Shown here: one piece after another, positions 18,293 through 26,916 of the stretch
How positions within the stretch are numbered: position 1 is the stretch's first letter
Layout: each line of letters begins with the position of its first letter
Assembly: GCA_041483715.1 (NCBI GenBank)
Contig: JBGPGG010000003.1
Location: forward strand, 1 to 55,699
Length of the DNA stretch: 55,699 nucleotides
Source: Thermoanaerobaculia bacterium
GTDB lineage: Bacteria > Acidobacteriota > Thermoanaerobaculia > UBA5066 > Gp7-AA6
Direction: 5' to 3'
The notes under the pieces: generated by a model
Told to the model about the DNA's origin: nothing
Database searches by the model: none
The model's input: only the letters and a program-made list of their open reading frames with translations
Position numbers and translations under genes: made by a program

Positions 18293-20520
18293 AAGCGCGG
18301 ACCTCGAGCCCCCTCGCGCGCCTGGCGTTACTCGGCTTGCCGTGGGCGCTCTCCTGCGCCACGCCCGCGCCGCCGCCCCCGGCGCTTCCATCTCCGGTCG
18401 AGGCGCCGCTGCCGATCCCGGCGATGCACGTCGCGCCCCCCGCACCCGTCGCGCCTTCCGGAGTGCTGTACCGGGTCGGCATGAAGAGCGACCTGACGGA
18501 ATTCGTGGCGGGAACGGCCGGGACGGTCTGGGTCGTCGCTTCGGCCGCGCGGGCGGAGCTCGTTCAGGGCCCCGTCACGCTGCGCCCGGAGGGCGCAGCC
18601 GCCGCCGGCTTCTTCCAGGTCCAGGCGGGAGCGTTCTCGCAGGAGGAGCCCGCCAGGAAGCTCGCCGAGCGGCTCGGGGTGACATTTCAATCCTCGACGC
18701 AGATCGCGTTCTCGGCCGATCGCGGGCTCTATCGCGTGCTCCTCGGCGCCTTCCCTTCGCGGGCCGAAGCGGACGCGTTCCTCGCGAAGCTGAAGGCGGC
18801 GGGCCAGGACGGCTTCGTGGTGCCCGGAGCCCCGGTGACCTCGGCGGCGCCGTCCACGATCTCGGTCACCGGCGGCGCGGGCGCCTCGCTCACGCTGCCT
18901 TCGCCTGTCGATCTCTACGCTCCCGCGCCGGACGCGCGTGTCGTCGTGGACGGCGCGCCCTATCGGGGCAGTCTGCGGATCGCGGTCAATGCGCGCGGCA
19001 CCCTGAATGTGGTCAATCGCGTGGACCTGGAGGAATACCTGTACGGCGTCGTGCCGGCCGAGATGGGGCCCAAGCGGTTCGACGCGATCGAGGGGCTCAA
19101 GGCACAGGCCGTCGCCGCGCGAACGTACGCGATGGCGCACCGCGCCCAGTTCGAGAGCGAGGGCTACGACATCTGTCCCGGTCCGAAGTGCCAGGCGTAC
19201 GGCGGGGCGTCGGTGGAAGATCCGCTCTCGACCGCGGCCGTCGAGGGCACGCGGGGTCTGGTGCTCGCCTTCAACGGTCAATTCGCCGATGCGCTGTTCG
19301 TGTCGACCTGCGGGGGCGTGACGGAGAACGTCGAGAACGTGTTCTCCGGCGGGCCGCTGCCGTACCTCGTGTCGGTGCCGTGCGGCGAGCTTCCGACCGA
19401 AGAGCTTCTCGGGGCCCCCATCGGCAGGGATGGGGCGGGGCAGCCCCGCGCCGGCCTCGCGTGGCGCGGCTACGTGCTTCACCGGCACACGCCGAAGAAG
19501 GCGGCGCCACGCGCCGCGAGCCTCGAGCTGGCCCGGAAGTGGGCCGGCGTGCCGCGCCGGGGCGCGGCCCCTCCCCGGCTCGCGCCCTCCGACGTCTACC
19601 CCTCCTTGCTCTCCGATTTCAACCTCACCGAGGCCCGCCTGCTGCATCTTAGGCCGCCCGACGAGCGCTACTACGCCGAACATCCCTCCGCCGTGGGCGG
19701 GCTGAGCGGGTCCGCCCGCAGCGCCTACGAATTTCTCCTGCGGTTCCGGTTCGCCGGAGATCTGATTCCGCCCGCCGACCGTGATCTCGGCGAGGAGGAG
19801 TACGCGGGCCTTCTCTTCTCGGTCGCCCTGCGCCTCGCCGGAGTCACCGAGGGCTCGGGCCGCTTCCTTTCGCGCGAGGGCTCGAACCTCTGGATCAAGA
19901 CCGCGGACGGGCGGCAGGGCCTGCCGGTCAATCCGGACATCCCGCTCGCGCGGCGCGTGGGCAACCTCTACCACCCGACGAGCACGCTGACCCTGCGGCC
20001 GGGCGATCGGCTGCGCTGGTTCCGGAGCGGGAGCCAGGTGCTCGCGCTCTGGGTCGAAATGGAGGCGGACGGGCCCGAATTCGAGCGCGACTCGGCGTGG
20101 ACGGAATGGGTCCGCCGCGTGCCCGCCCCCGAGCTCGCGCGGCGCATGGCGGGGCGGGTCGCTGGTAACGAGGTCCGGGAGGTCACCGTCACGAAACGCA
20201 GCTTGACCGGGCGCGCCATCGAGATGCGCGTGAAGACCGACCTCGCCGAGGCGACCTTCAAGCGGTTCGATCTGCGCCAGGTGGTCGAGATGCCGGAAAT
20301 GCTCTTCACGGTCTCGAAGATGGAGGGGGCGGACGGCCAGGCGGAGTTCGTCTTCCTCGGGCGCGGGTGGGGACACGGCGTGGGGCTCTGTCAGAATGGC
20401 GCCTTCGGCATGGCGCTGGCCGGCGAGACGTACGACCGCATCCTCCGGCACTACTACACCGGCATCGACATCGTGCCGGCCTCGTCCGTCGCGGCGCCGG
20501 CCGCCCCCTCGCTGCGCTGA
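18289..20520 (+). CDS. SPOR-domain / SpoIID(LytB)-domain lipoprotein
   Basis: TTG 18289 overlaps the upstream stop (TTGA). Signal peptide with lipobox (..LLGLPWALSC). SPOR-like segment (..FQVQAGAFSQEEPARKLAERL..YRVLLGAFPSRAEADAFLAKLK..). SpoIID motifs (..LEEYLYGVVPAEM..LKAQAVAARTYA..FVSTCGG.TEN.. and C-terminal GRGWGHGVGLCQNGA). Confidence 0.85.
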   Translation: MKARTSSPLARLALLGLPWALSCATPAPPPPALPSPVEAPLPIPAMHVAPPAPVAPSGVLYRVGMKSDLTEFVAGTAGTVWVVASAARAELVQGPVTLRPEGAAAAGFFQVQAGAFSQEEPARKLAERLGVTFQSSTQIAFSADRGLYRVLLGAFPSRAEADAFLAKLKAAGQDGFVVPGAPVTSAAPSTISVTGGAGASLTLPSPVDLYAPAPDARVVVDGAPYRGSLRIAVNARGTLNVVNRVDLEEYLYGVVPAEMGPKRFDAIEGLKAQAVAARTYAMAHRAQFESEGYDICPGPKCQAYGGASVEDPLSTAAVEGTRGLVLAFNGQFADALFVSTCGGVTENVENVFSGGPLPYLVSVPCGELPTEELLGAPIGRDGAGQPRAGLAWRGYVLHRHTPKKAAPRAASLELARKWAGVPRRGAAPPRLAPSDVYPSLLSDFNLTEARLLHLRPPDERYYAEHPSAVGGLSGSARSAYEFLLRFRFAGDLIPPADRDLGEEEYAGLLFSVALRLAGVTEGSGRFLSREGSNLWIKTADGRQGLPVNPDIPLARRVGNLYHPTSTLTLRPGDRLRWFRSGSQVLALWVEMEADGPEFERDSAWTEWVRRVPAPELARRMAGRVAGNEVREVTVTKRSLTGRAIEMRVKTDLAEATFKRFDLRQVVEMPEMLFTVSKMEGADGQAEFVFLGRGWGHGVGLCQNGAFGMALAGETYDRILRHYYTGIDIVPASSVAAPAAPSLR

Positions 20521-20542
20521 AACAGCCCGGTCCCGGGGGCGA

Positions 20543-20555
20543 TAGACTTGCTCCG
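20543..20555 (+). promoter_or_regulatory. Candidate -10 (TAGACT) 7 nt before the acyl-CoA dehydrogenase ATG; leaderless-type geometry
   Basis: TAGACT at 20543-20548, spacer tgctccg, ATG 20556. No SD. Confidence 0.4.
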
Positions 20556-21704
20556 ATGGACACCGCCCTTTCCGCCGAGCGTCAGGCCATCCTTCGGACA
20601 CTGCGCGATTTCTGCGAAGCCGAGATCCGCCCCAACGTGATGCGCTGGGACGAGGCCCAGGAGTTCCCGCGCGAGGTTTTCCGCAAGCTCGGCGAGCTCG
20701 GTTTCCTCGGCGTGCTCTTCCCCGAGAAATACGGCGGGGCGGCGCTCTCCTACATGGATTACCAGGCCATCATCGAAGAAGTCTCGTGCGTGGACCCCTC
20801 GGTCGCGCTCTCACTCGCGGCGCACAATAGCCTCGGCTCGAACCACATCTACCAGTTCGGCACCGAGGCGCAGCGCCAGAAGTACGTTCCGAAGCTCGCG
20901 TCCGGCCAGTGGCTCGCCGCCTGGGGGCTCACCGAGTCCGAGGCCGGGTCGGATTCGAGCGGCACGAAGACGACCGCTGTTCGCGACGGCGACGGATGGG
21001 TCCTCAACGGCTCGAAGAACTTCATCACGAACGCCTCGGTCGGCAGCGTCGCGGTGCTGATGGCCGTCACCGACCGGGACAAGGGCAACAAGGGCATCTC
21101 CGCTTTCATCGTGGAGCTCGACAATCCGGGGATCCGGGTCGGCAAGAAGGAGAACAAGCTCGGGATGCGCGCCTCGGACACCTGCACGCTCGTCATGGAG
21201 GACTGCCGGGTCTCCGCGGACAGCCTCCTCGGCCAGCCCGGCTCGGGCTGGGTGGACTCCATGAAGATCCTCGACGGCGGCCGGATCTCGATCGCGGCCC
21301 TGTCGGTCGGGCTCGCGCGGGGCGCGTACGAGGCGGCGCTCTCCTATGCGCGCGAGCGGCGGCAGTTCGGCAGGCCGATCTGCGAGTTCCAGGCGATCCA
21401 GTTCTACCTCGCCGAGATGGCGACGGAGATCGACGCGGCGCGGCTGCTGACGGAGAGGGCGGCCGCCGCCAAGGACGCGGGCCAGCCGGTCACGAAGCTC
21501 TCGGCGCAGGCCAAGCTCTACGCTTCCGAGATCGCGGTCCGGGCGACCGACCGGGCGATCCAGATCCACGGCGGATACGGTTTCACCAAAGACTTCCCGG
21601 TCGAGAAGTACTACCGCGACGTCAAGCTCTGCACGATCGGCGAGGGCACGAGCGAGATCCAGAAACTCGTCATCGCAAAGCAGCTCCTCGCGGGCGGCGC
21701 ATGA
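20556..21704 (+). CDS. Acyl-CoA dehydrogenase (short/branched-chain type)
   Basis: 382 aa from the internal ATG 20556. ACAD signatures present (..LTESEAGSD....T.A...GD.WVLNG.K.FITNA.., ..QFG.PI..FQAIQF.LAEMA.., ..IHGGYGF.KDFPVEKYYRD.K...IGEGTSEIQ). Confidence 0.92.
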   Translation: MDTALSAERQAILRTLRDFCEAEIRPNVMRWDEAQEFPREVFRKLGELGFLGVLFPEKYGGAALSYMDYQAIIEEVSCVDPSVALSLAAHNSLGSNHIYQFGTEAQRQKYVPKLASGQWLAAWGLTESEAGSDSSGTKTTAVRDGDGWVLNGSKNFITNASVGSVAVLMAVTDRDKGNKGISAFIVELDNPGIRVGKKENKLGMRASDTCTLVMEDCRVSADSLLGQPGSGWVDSMKILDGGRISIAALSVGLARGAYEAALSYARERRQFGRPICEFQAIQFYLAEMATEIDAARLLTERAAAAKDAGQPVTKLSAQAKLYASEIAVRATDRAIQIHGGYGFTKDFPVEKYYRDVKLCTIGEGTSEIQKLVIAKQLLAGGA

Positions 21705-22702
21705 CCCCTGCGCCGGCCGCGGGATCCGAGGAGCTCGCCCAGGGCGTCCTCGCGGGGTTGGCGCGCCCGATCGGCCGGGCGATCTCCGAGGTCGAGCGCG
21801 ACTCGGGAACGGTGCCCGAGATCCTGCGGCGCCTCTTCCCGAGGACCGGACGCGCCCGGATCATCGGCATCACCGGCCCTCCGGGCGCCGGGAAGTCGAC
21901 CCTCGTTCAGCGCCTGGCGCAGGCCTACCGCAGGCAGGGGCGCCGGGTCGGCATCGTCGCCGTGGACCCGTCTTCGCCCTTCACGGGCGGGGCCATCCTC
22001 GGCGACCGGATCCGCATGGCCGAGATCTACACCGACCCGGGCGTGTTCATCCGCTCGATGGCCACGCGCGGCGCCCTGGGCGGCCTCGCCCGCTAGACGA
22101 GCGACGCCGTGGACGTGCTCGACGCCGCCGGGTTCGAGGTCATCCTGATCGAGACGGTCGGCGTGGGCCAGGACGAGGTGGACATCGCCCGCGCCGCGGA
22201 CACGACCGCGGTCGTGCTCGTGCCGGGGCTCGGCGACGACATCCAGGCCATCAAGGCCGGCATCCTCGAGATCGCGGACGTCTTCATCGTCAACAAGGCC
22301 GATCGCGAAGGTTCCGACCGCGTGGTGGCCGATCTCTCGATGATGCTCGACTTCGCGGGTCATCCGCCGTGGAGGCCGCCGATCGTGAAGACCTCGGCGC
22401 CGTCGGCGGCCGGGGTGCCCGAATCCATCCAGGCGCTCGAGGCGCACGGCGCCTACCTGAAGGAATCGGGCGAAGGTCCGCGGCGGCGCGTGGTGCGGGC
22501 GCGGGTGCGCCTGCTCGCGCTTCTCGAGGGGCGTTTCCGCCGGGCCGTGGAGGCGCGGGCGCCCGAGCCTGACGGCCTCGAGGAGGCCGTGCGCGCGGTC
22601 GTCGCGCGCCACGAGGACCCGTACTCCGCGGCCGGGCGGCTTTTCGAGGCGATTCTCGGCGCCGGCGCGCCGCGCGAAGCGGCCGGGGAGCCGCCGACGT
22701 GA
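21701..22702 (+). pseudogene. meaB: Methylmalonyl-CoA mutase accessory GTPase MeaB/ArgK, interrupted by one in-frame TAG (22094-22096)
   Basis: ORF 21701..22096 carries the P-loop (GITGPPGAGKSTL). ORF 22109..22702 is in the same frame and carries ..ETVGVGQDE.., ..NKADREG... The two halves align without gaps to MeaB across the TAG (..[18 protein letters not shown]..). Confidence 0.8.
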
Positions 22703-23109
22703 CGGCGTACAAGATCGATCACCTCGGGGTGGCGGTGGCGTCGATCGACGAGGCGCTCGCGGTCTATCGCGCCCTGGGCATGGTCGAGGAAAGGCGCGAG
22801 GCGGTGCCGACCCAGAAGGTGATGGCCGCATTCCTCCCCATCGGGGAGAGCCGCATCGAGCTTCTCGAGCCGACTTCCCCGGACTCGCCGGTGGCGAAGT
22901 TCCTGGCAAAGCGCGGAGAGGGGATCCACCACCTCTGCTTCGCCGTTCCCGACCTCGATGCCGCGCTCGCTGACCTCGCAGCGAAGGGCTTCCGGCTCAT
23001 CCACACCGCGGGCGTTCCCGGCGCCGAGGGCAAGCGCGTGGCATTCCTCCATCCGGAGGCGGGCCGGGGCGTCCTGATCGAGCTTTCCGAGAAAGCGGAG
23101 AACCCATGA
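22699..23109 (+). CDS. mce: Methylmalonyl-CoA epimerase (VOC/glyoxalase fold)
   Basis: 136 aa. ..IDHLGVAV.SIDEAL..Y..LG........VP.Q.V.AAF...GES.IELLEPTSPDSPVAKFL.KRGEGIHHLCF.V.DLDAAL..L...G.RLI.. is a typical Mce sequence. GTG start overlaps the meaB stop (GTGA). Confidence 0.88.
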   Translation: MTAYKIDHLGVAVASIDEALAVYRALGMVEERREAVPTQKVMAAFLPIGESRIELLEPTSPDSPVAKFLAKRGEGIHHLCFAVPDLDAALADLAAKGFRLIHTAGVPGAEGKRVAFLHPEAGRGVLIELSEKAENP

Positions 23110-23429
23110 AGATCGGCGAGTTCGTGCTCGTCCAGCTGGTCAGCCCGAAGGAGAAGTTCTGGGGGATCTTGAAGGACCGCGACGTCTCCGGGATCACCGT
23201 GCGCGGGCTCTCGCTCGAGGGCTTCGACGACTGGCTTCGCGAGATCGCGCGCCGCGAGACCGTGACTGTTCTGCCCTCGACCGTCTTCTTTCCGCTCCAC
23301 CGAGTCGAGCGGATCTTCCTCGACGAGACCGCCGGCGACTTCGTCTCCCTCTCCGACCGGTTCAAACGGACGGTGGGGGAGGATGCGAGGTACTACCTCA
23401 CGCCGATGCCCGACGAACTGGAGAGTTAG
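23106..23429 (+). CDS. Hypothetical protein (107 aa), translationally coupled to mce
   Basis: ATGA overlap with the mce stop. Third-position GC is consistent with coding. I recognise no domain. Confidence 0.55.
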   Translation: MKIGEFVLVQLVSPKEKFWGILKDRDVSGITVRGLSLEGFDDWLREIARRETVTVLPSTVFFPLHRVERIFLDETAGDFVSLSDRFKRTVGEDARYYLTPMPDELES

Positions 23430-23486
23430 GAGTCGGGAGGAGTCGGGAGTTTACTCCTGACTCATGACGCGCGCCGTTAGGCGCGC
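23429..23486. other. Decamer direct repeat (GGAGTCGGGA x2) plus two hairpins between convergent genes (terminator-like, no U-tract)
   Basis: Repeat units at 23429-23438 and 23439-23448. 10-bp stem 23440-23449/23454-23463 (one G-T pair). 7-bp stem GCGCGCC/GGCGCGC at 23469-23475/23480-23486. Confidence 0.45.
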
Positions 23487-23914
23487 AAATGATCCGCCTG
23501 CCAGTTCTTGACCCGGTGCTTGATCTCCTTGCGATCGGTGATGTTCTTCGCCAGGACCTCGCGCACGAGGGCCGGGAGCTCCTCATCGCCGGCGAAACGC
23601 AGAGAGATGAACTGGTCCGGCGTCAGGTCCGGGATCCGCCCCTTGAGGTCTCCCGGCAGAAGCTTCTCGAGGCGCAGGCGCATTTCGAGGCGGATGACGC
23701 GGTCCTGCACGGTGAGGGCGAAGGTCCGCATGTAGAGGGCCATACCGATGAAGGCCAGGGCCATGAGCGTCGAGAGGACCGTCGGCCAGGAGAACGCCTT
23801 CACGAGCTGGTACAGCGACCAGACCAGGTTGATGGCGAGGATCCCGAGGACTCCGACGTGGAAGGGCGGGACGATGCGCACGTGATTCTCGAAGGACTGA
23901 GGCTCTGCGGGCAT
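23477..23914 (-). CDS. Hypothetical membrane protein (145 aa, about 3 TM helices)
   Basis: SD AAAGGAGAAG upstream of the ATG. Hydrophobic N-terminal half and a charged C-terminal half. I cannot name a family confidently. Confidence 0.65.
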   Translation of the reverse strand: MPAEPQSFENHVRIVPPFHVGVLGILAINLVWSLYQLVKAFSWPTVLSTLMALAFIGMALYMRTFALTVQDRVIRLEMRLRLEKLLPGDLKGRIPDLTPDQFISLRFAGDEELPALVREVLAKNITDRKEIKHRVKNWQADHLRA

Positions 23915-23973
23915 GACTTCTCCTTTGAGGGTTCGTGGTCCTTGGTTTGTAGCCGAGATCGTACCAAGAATCG

Positions 23974-24001
23974 GGAACTAAGGACTACGGACCAGGGACC
24001 G
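23974..24001. repeat. Heptamer-periodic array (GGAACTA/AGGACTA/CGGACCA/GGGACCG) inside a nested inverted repeat
   Basis: GGAC recurs every 7 nt at 23982, 23989 and 23996. Flanking inverted repeats: CTTGGT/ACCAAG (23941-46/23963-68) and CCGAGAT/ATCTCGG (23953-59/24013-19). Confidence 0.7.
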
Positions 24002-24019
24002 GCTGGGGACGAATCTCGG

Positions 24020-24739
24020 TTACAGCGCGACGTTCTTGACGAAGAAATCCGCCGCGACAACCTGGCCGTTGACGAGCTGGCGGGCCTGCTCAGGCGACAT
24101 CTCGAGCGTGCCGCCCGATTCTCCACCGGAGCTCGTCAGGACGATTTGGATGGTCACGGGCACTCCGCGGCTCGTGGGGCTCGAGATGGCGCGGGCGGCG
24201 GCGTTCAGCGCGTTGAAGACGGCTTCCTCGGTGTTCGTGGTGACGAGCAGCCGCGTCTTGCCGCGGAAATTCGTCAGCTTGTACTGTGTGATCCCCGCGC
24301 CGTCGAAGACCTTGGAGAAGGCGGACTGGAGGTTTACGTCGACCTGCTGGAACGAGGGGCCCTCTCCGTCGGCGGCGGGTTTCTCGGCCTGGGACGGCAG
24401 CGCCATGCGGGGCTTCTTCTCCCGGATGTAGTCCTGCAGGCGCGGCGCGGCCGGCGCGCTGGGGGCCGACGTGGGCTTGCGGCTGTCCGGCGTGTCGAGG
24501 GCCACGACGTTGCCGAAGTTTTCCTTGTTGTATTTGTCGGACCCCTCGATGTCGACCTGGTCGAGCTTGATCGCTGTCACCGTGCCGTTCTCGAGCGTGA
24601 TGATGGCCTTGTCGCCCTTCACGGTGTACTTCGTCCGGGCAAAAATCAGCGAGCCGTCTTTGAGCTTGACGACGTAGGCGAGCGCGGAAGATGCGGCGAA
24701 GACGAGCGCGAAGACCGCCAGGAACAGGCTCTTTCTCAC
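24020..24739 (-). CDS. Secreted hypothetical protein (239 aa, signal peptide)
   Basis: GTG 24739 is preceded by GGAGGAGG. N-terminus (M)RKSLFLAVFALVFAASSALA is a signal peptide. No recognised domain. Confidence 0.65.
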   Translation of the reverse strand: MRKSLFLAVFALVFAASSALAYVVKLKDGSLIFARTKYTVKGDKAIITLENGTVTAIKLDQVDIEGSDKYNKENFGNVVALDTPDSRKPTSAPSAPAAPRLQDYIREKKPRMALPSQAEKPAADGEGPSFQQVDVNLQSAFSKVFDGAGITQYKLTNFRGKTRLLVTTNTEEAVFNALNAAARAISSPTSRGVPVTIQIVLTSSGGESGGTLEMSPEQARQLVNGQVVAADFFVKNVAL

Positions 24740-24776
24740 GATCGCGAAGCCTCCTCCGCCCGCAGCCGGACGGCGT

Positions 24777-24814
24777 TTGACACAACCTCTCGGGCCACTA
24801 ATGATAGCACCCGC
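24777..24814 (+). promoter_or_regulatory. Candidate sigma-70 promoter for aroF with a very short or absent leader
   Basis: TTGACA (24777-24782), 17 nt, AATGAT (24800-24805), 9 nt, ATG 24815. No SD. Confidence 0.4.
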
Positions 24815-25828
24815 ATGCTCATCGTGATGGACGCGGCCGCGACCGCGGAAGAGGTCCGCCGCGTCGTTGGGATCATCGAGGCACTGGGCCTGCAGGCGCA
24901 CCCCATCCCCGGGGCGCAGCGCACGGCCATCGGCATCACGGGTAACAAGGGAACGGTCGACCGCGGGGCCTTCGAGAACCTGCCCGGCGTCAGCGAGGTC
25001 ATCCCGGTCTCCGCTCCCTACAAGCTGGTCTCGCGGGAGGCCAAGCGGGAGAACACGGTCGTCTCGGTCGGCGGTGTGCCCGTCGGCGGAAAGCGCCTGG
25101 CCGTCGTCGCCGGGCCGTGCGCGATCGAGTCCGAGGCCCAGGCGCTCGAGATCGGCCGCCTCGTGAAAGAGGCGGGCGCCTCGCTCTATCGCGGTGGCGC
25201 CTACAAGCCGCGGACCTCGCCCTACTCCTTCCAGGGCCTCGGGGCCGAGGGGTTGCGGATTCTCTCGCGCGTCCGCGCGGAGACGGGGTTGCCGACCATC
25301 ACCGAGGTGCTCGACACCGAGACCGTGGACCTCGTGGCCGAGCATGCCGACTGCCTGCAGGTGGGAGCGCGCAACATGCAGAACTTTTCGCTGCTGAAGC
25401 GGCTCGGGCGCCTGCGAAAGCCCGTCCTGTTGAAGCGCGGCCTCTCGGCGACCCTCGAGGAATTGCTTCTGTCGGCCGAGTACTTGCTGGCCGAGGGCAA
25501 CTACGAGGTCATCCTGTGCGAGCGCGGCGTGCGCACCTTCTCCGACCACACGCGCAACACGCTCGACCTCTCGTCGATCCCGTACGTCCAGCGGATCTCG
25601 CACCTGCCGATCCTCGTCGACCCCTCGCACGGAACGGGGAAGCGCTCCAAGGTGCTCCCGCTCTCGCGCGCCGCGGTCGCGGTCGGCGCGGACGGGCTCC
25701 TGATCGAGGTGCATCACCAGCCCGAGCTCGCACTGTCCGACGGGCCCCAGGCGATTCTGCCCGAGATGTTCCGAGAGCTCGTGGAAGAGATACGGCGCCT
25801 GGCGCCTGTCGTCGGGCGCACGGTGTGA
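24815..25828 (+). CDS. aroF: 3-deoxy-7-phosphoheptulonate (DAHP) synthase, type I-beta, with an N-terminal regulatory domain
   Basis: 337 aa. ..VVAGPCAIES..A.....K.AGA...RGGAYKPRTSPYSFQGLG.EGL..L.....ETGLP..TEV.. and ..DPSHGTG.R... match KDO8P-like DAHP synthases. Confidence 0.9.
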   Translation: MLIVMDAAATAEEVRRVVGIIEALGLQAHPIPGAQRTAIGITGNKGTVDRGAFENLPGVSEVIPVSAPYKLVSREAKRENTVVSVGGVPVGGKRLAVVAGPCAIESEAQALEIGRLVKEAGASLYRGGAYKPRTSPYSFQGLGAEGLRILSRVRAETGLPTITEVLDTETVDLVAEHADCLQVGARNMQNFSLLKRLGRLRKPVLLKRGLSATLEELLLSAEYLLAEGNYEVILCERGVRTFSDHTRNTLDLSSIPYVQRISHLPILVDPSHGTGKRSKVLPLSRAAVAVGADGLLIEVHHQPELALSDGPQAILPEMFRELVEEIRRLAPVVGRTV

Positions 25829-26916
25829 AGGGAATCCTCGTCCTCGAAGACGGCACGGTCTTCCGGGCCGAGGCCATCGGCCGGCCCGGCACGTCCTTCG
25901 GCGAGCTCGTATTCAACACTGCGATGAGCGGATACCAGGAAGTGCTCACCGACCCGTCGTACTCGGGGCAGATCGTGGTGATGACCGCGGCGCACGTCGG
26001 CAACTACGGCGTCCGCGCCGAGGAGGCCGAGTCCGACCGGGTCCACGTCGCGGGCTTCATCGCCCGCGATTTCCCGTCCCGGTGGAGCGGCACGGGCGGC
26101 GAGCAAAGCCTGGCGGACTACCTCGACACCAGTGGCGTGACGGGCCTCCACGGCCTCGACACGCGCGCGCTCGTGCGGCGCATCCGGAGCCAGGGCGCGA
26201 TGCGGGCCGGGCTTTCGACAGAGATCGACGACCCCGAGGAGCTCCACCGGCGCGTGCTCGCTTCGCCGCCGATGGTCGGCAGCGACCTGGCGCTCACGGT
26301 CTCGCCGAGGCAGGCGCGGCTGGCGCCCGGAGGCCGCGGCCGCAAGAAGTTCCGCGTGGCCGCGGTCGACTACGGCATGAAGCGCAACATCGTGCGGCTT
26401 CTGCAGGCGGGCTCGTGCCGCGTGATGGTGTTCCCGGCGACGGCGTCCGACCAGGAGATCCTCGAGAGCCAGCCGGACGGCATCTTTCTCTCCAACGGCC
26501 CGGGCGACCCCTCCGCGCTGCCGGGCCCGATCCGCACGATCGAGAAACTCGCTCCCACGGGCAAGCCCATCTTCGGCATCTGCCTCGGCCACCAGCTGCT
26601 CGGTCTCGCCCTCGGCGCGAAGACTTTCAAGCTGAAGTTCGGGCACCGCGGGGCGAACCATCCAGTCCAGGACCTGCAGACGGGGCACGTCGCGATCACG
26701 TCGCAGAACCACGGCTTCGCGGTCGACGCCTCCCAGCTCCCCGCCGAGATCGAGGCGACGCACCGCAACCTGAACGACGGGACGCTCGAGGGCTTCCGGC
26801 ACCGCCGGCTTCCGATCCTCGCCGCGCAGTTCCACCCGGAGGCGGCGCCCGGTCCCCACGACGCGAATGTCCTGTTCAACGGCTTCCTCGAGGCCATGGC
26901 CCGGGCCCGGCCGTGA
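25825..26916 (+). CDS. carA: Carbamoyl-phosphate synthase small (glutamine amidotransferase) subunit
   Basis: GTG 25825 overlaps the aroF stop (GTGA). ..LVLEDGTVF.....G......GE.VFNT.M.GYQE.LTDPSY.GQIV..T...VGNYG.. and GATase ..GICLGHQLL.. ..HG.NHPV.. are present. Confidence 0.93.
   Translation: MKGILVLEDGTVFRAEAIGRPGTSFGELVFNTAMSGYQEVLTDPSYSGQIVVMTAAHVGNYGVRAEEAESDRVHVAGFIARDFPSRWSGTGGEQSLADYLDTSGVTGLHGLDTRALVRRIRSQGAMRAGLSTEIDDPEELHRRVLASPPMVGSDLALTVSPRQARLAPGGRGRKKFRVAAVDYGMKRNIVRLLQAGSCRVMVFPATASDQEILESQPDGIFLSNGPGDPSALPGPIRTIEKLAPTGKPIFGICLGHQLLGLALGAKTFKLKFGHRGANHPVQDLQTGHVAITSQNHGFAVDASQLPAEIEATHRNLNDGTLEGFRHRRLPILAAQFHPEAAPGPHDANVLFNGFLEAMARARP

Noticed and set aside
22094-22096. Genome-wide TAG reassignment (for example pyrrolysine or a sense codon) as the explanation for the in-frame TAG in meaB.
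   Set aside because: TAG terminates several well-defined genes in the same window at positions that match homolog lengths: nuoI 3881, nuoK 4747, atpE 11806, helicase 46781, corC 54812. Local error, mutation or readthrough is more parsimonious.
22109-22702. The C-terminal MeaB fragment (GTG 22109) as an independent gene.
   Set aside because: It lacks the P-loop and there is no SD or -10 box in front of it. It is in frame and collinear with the N-terminal fragment, so I treat both as one interrupted gene.
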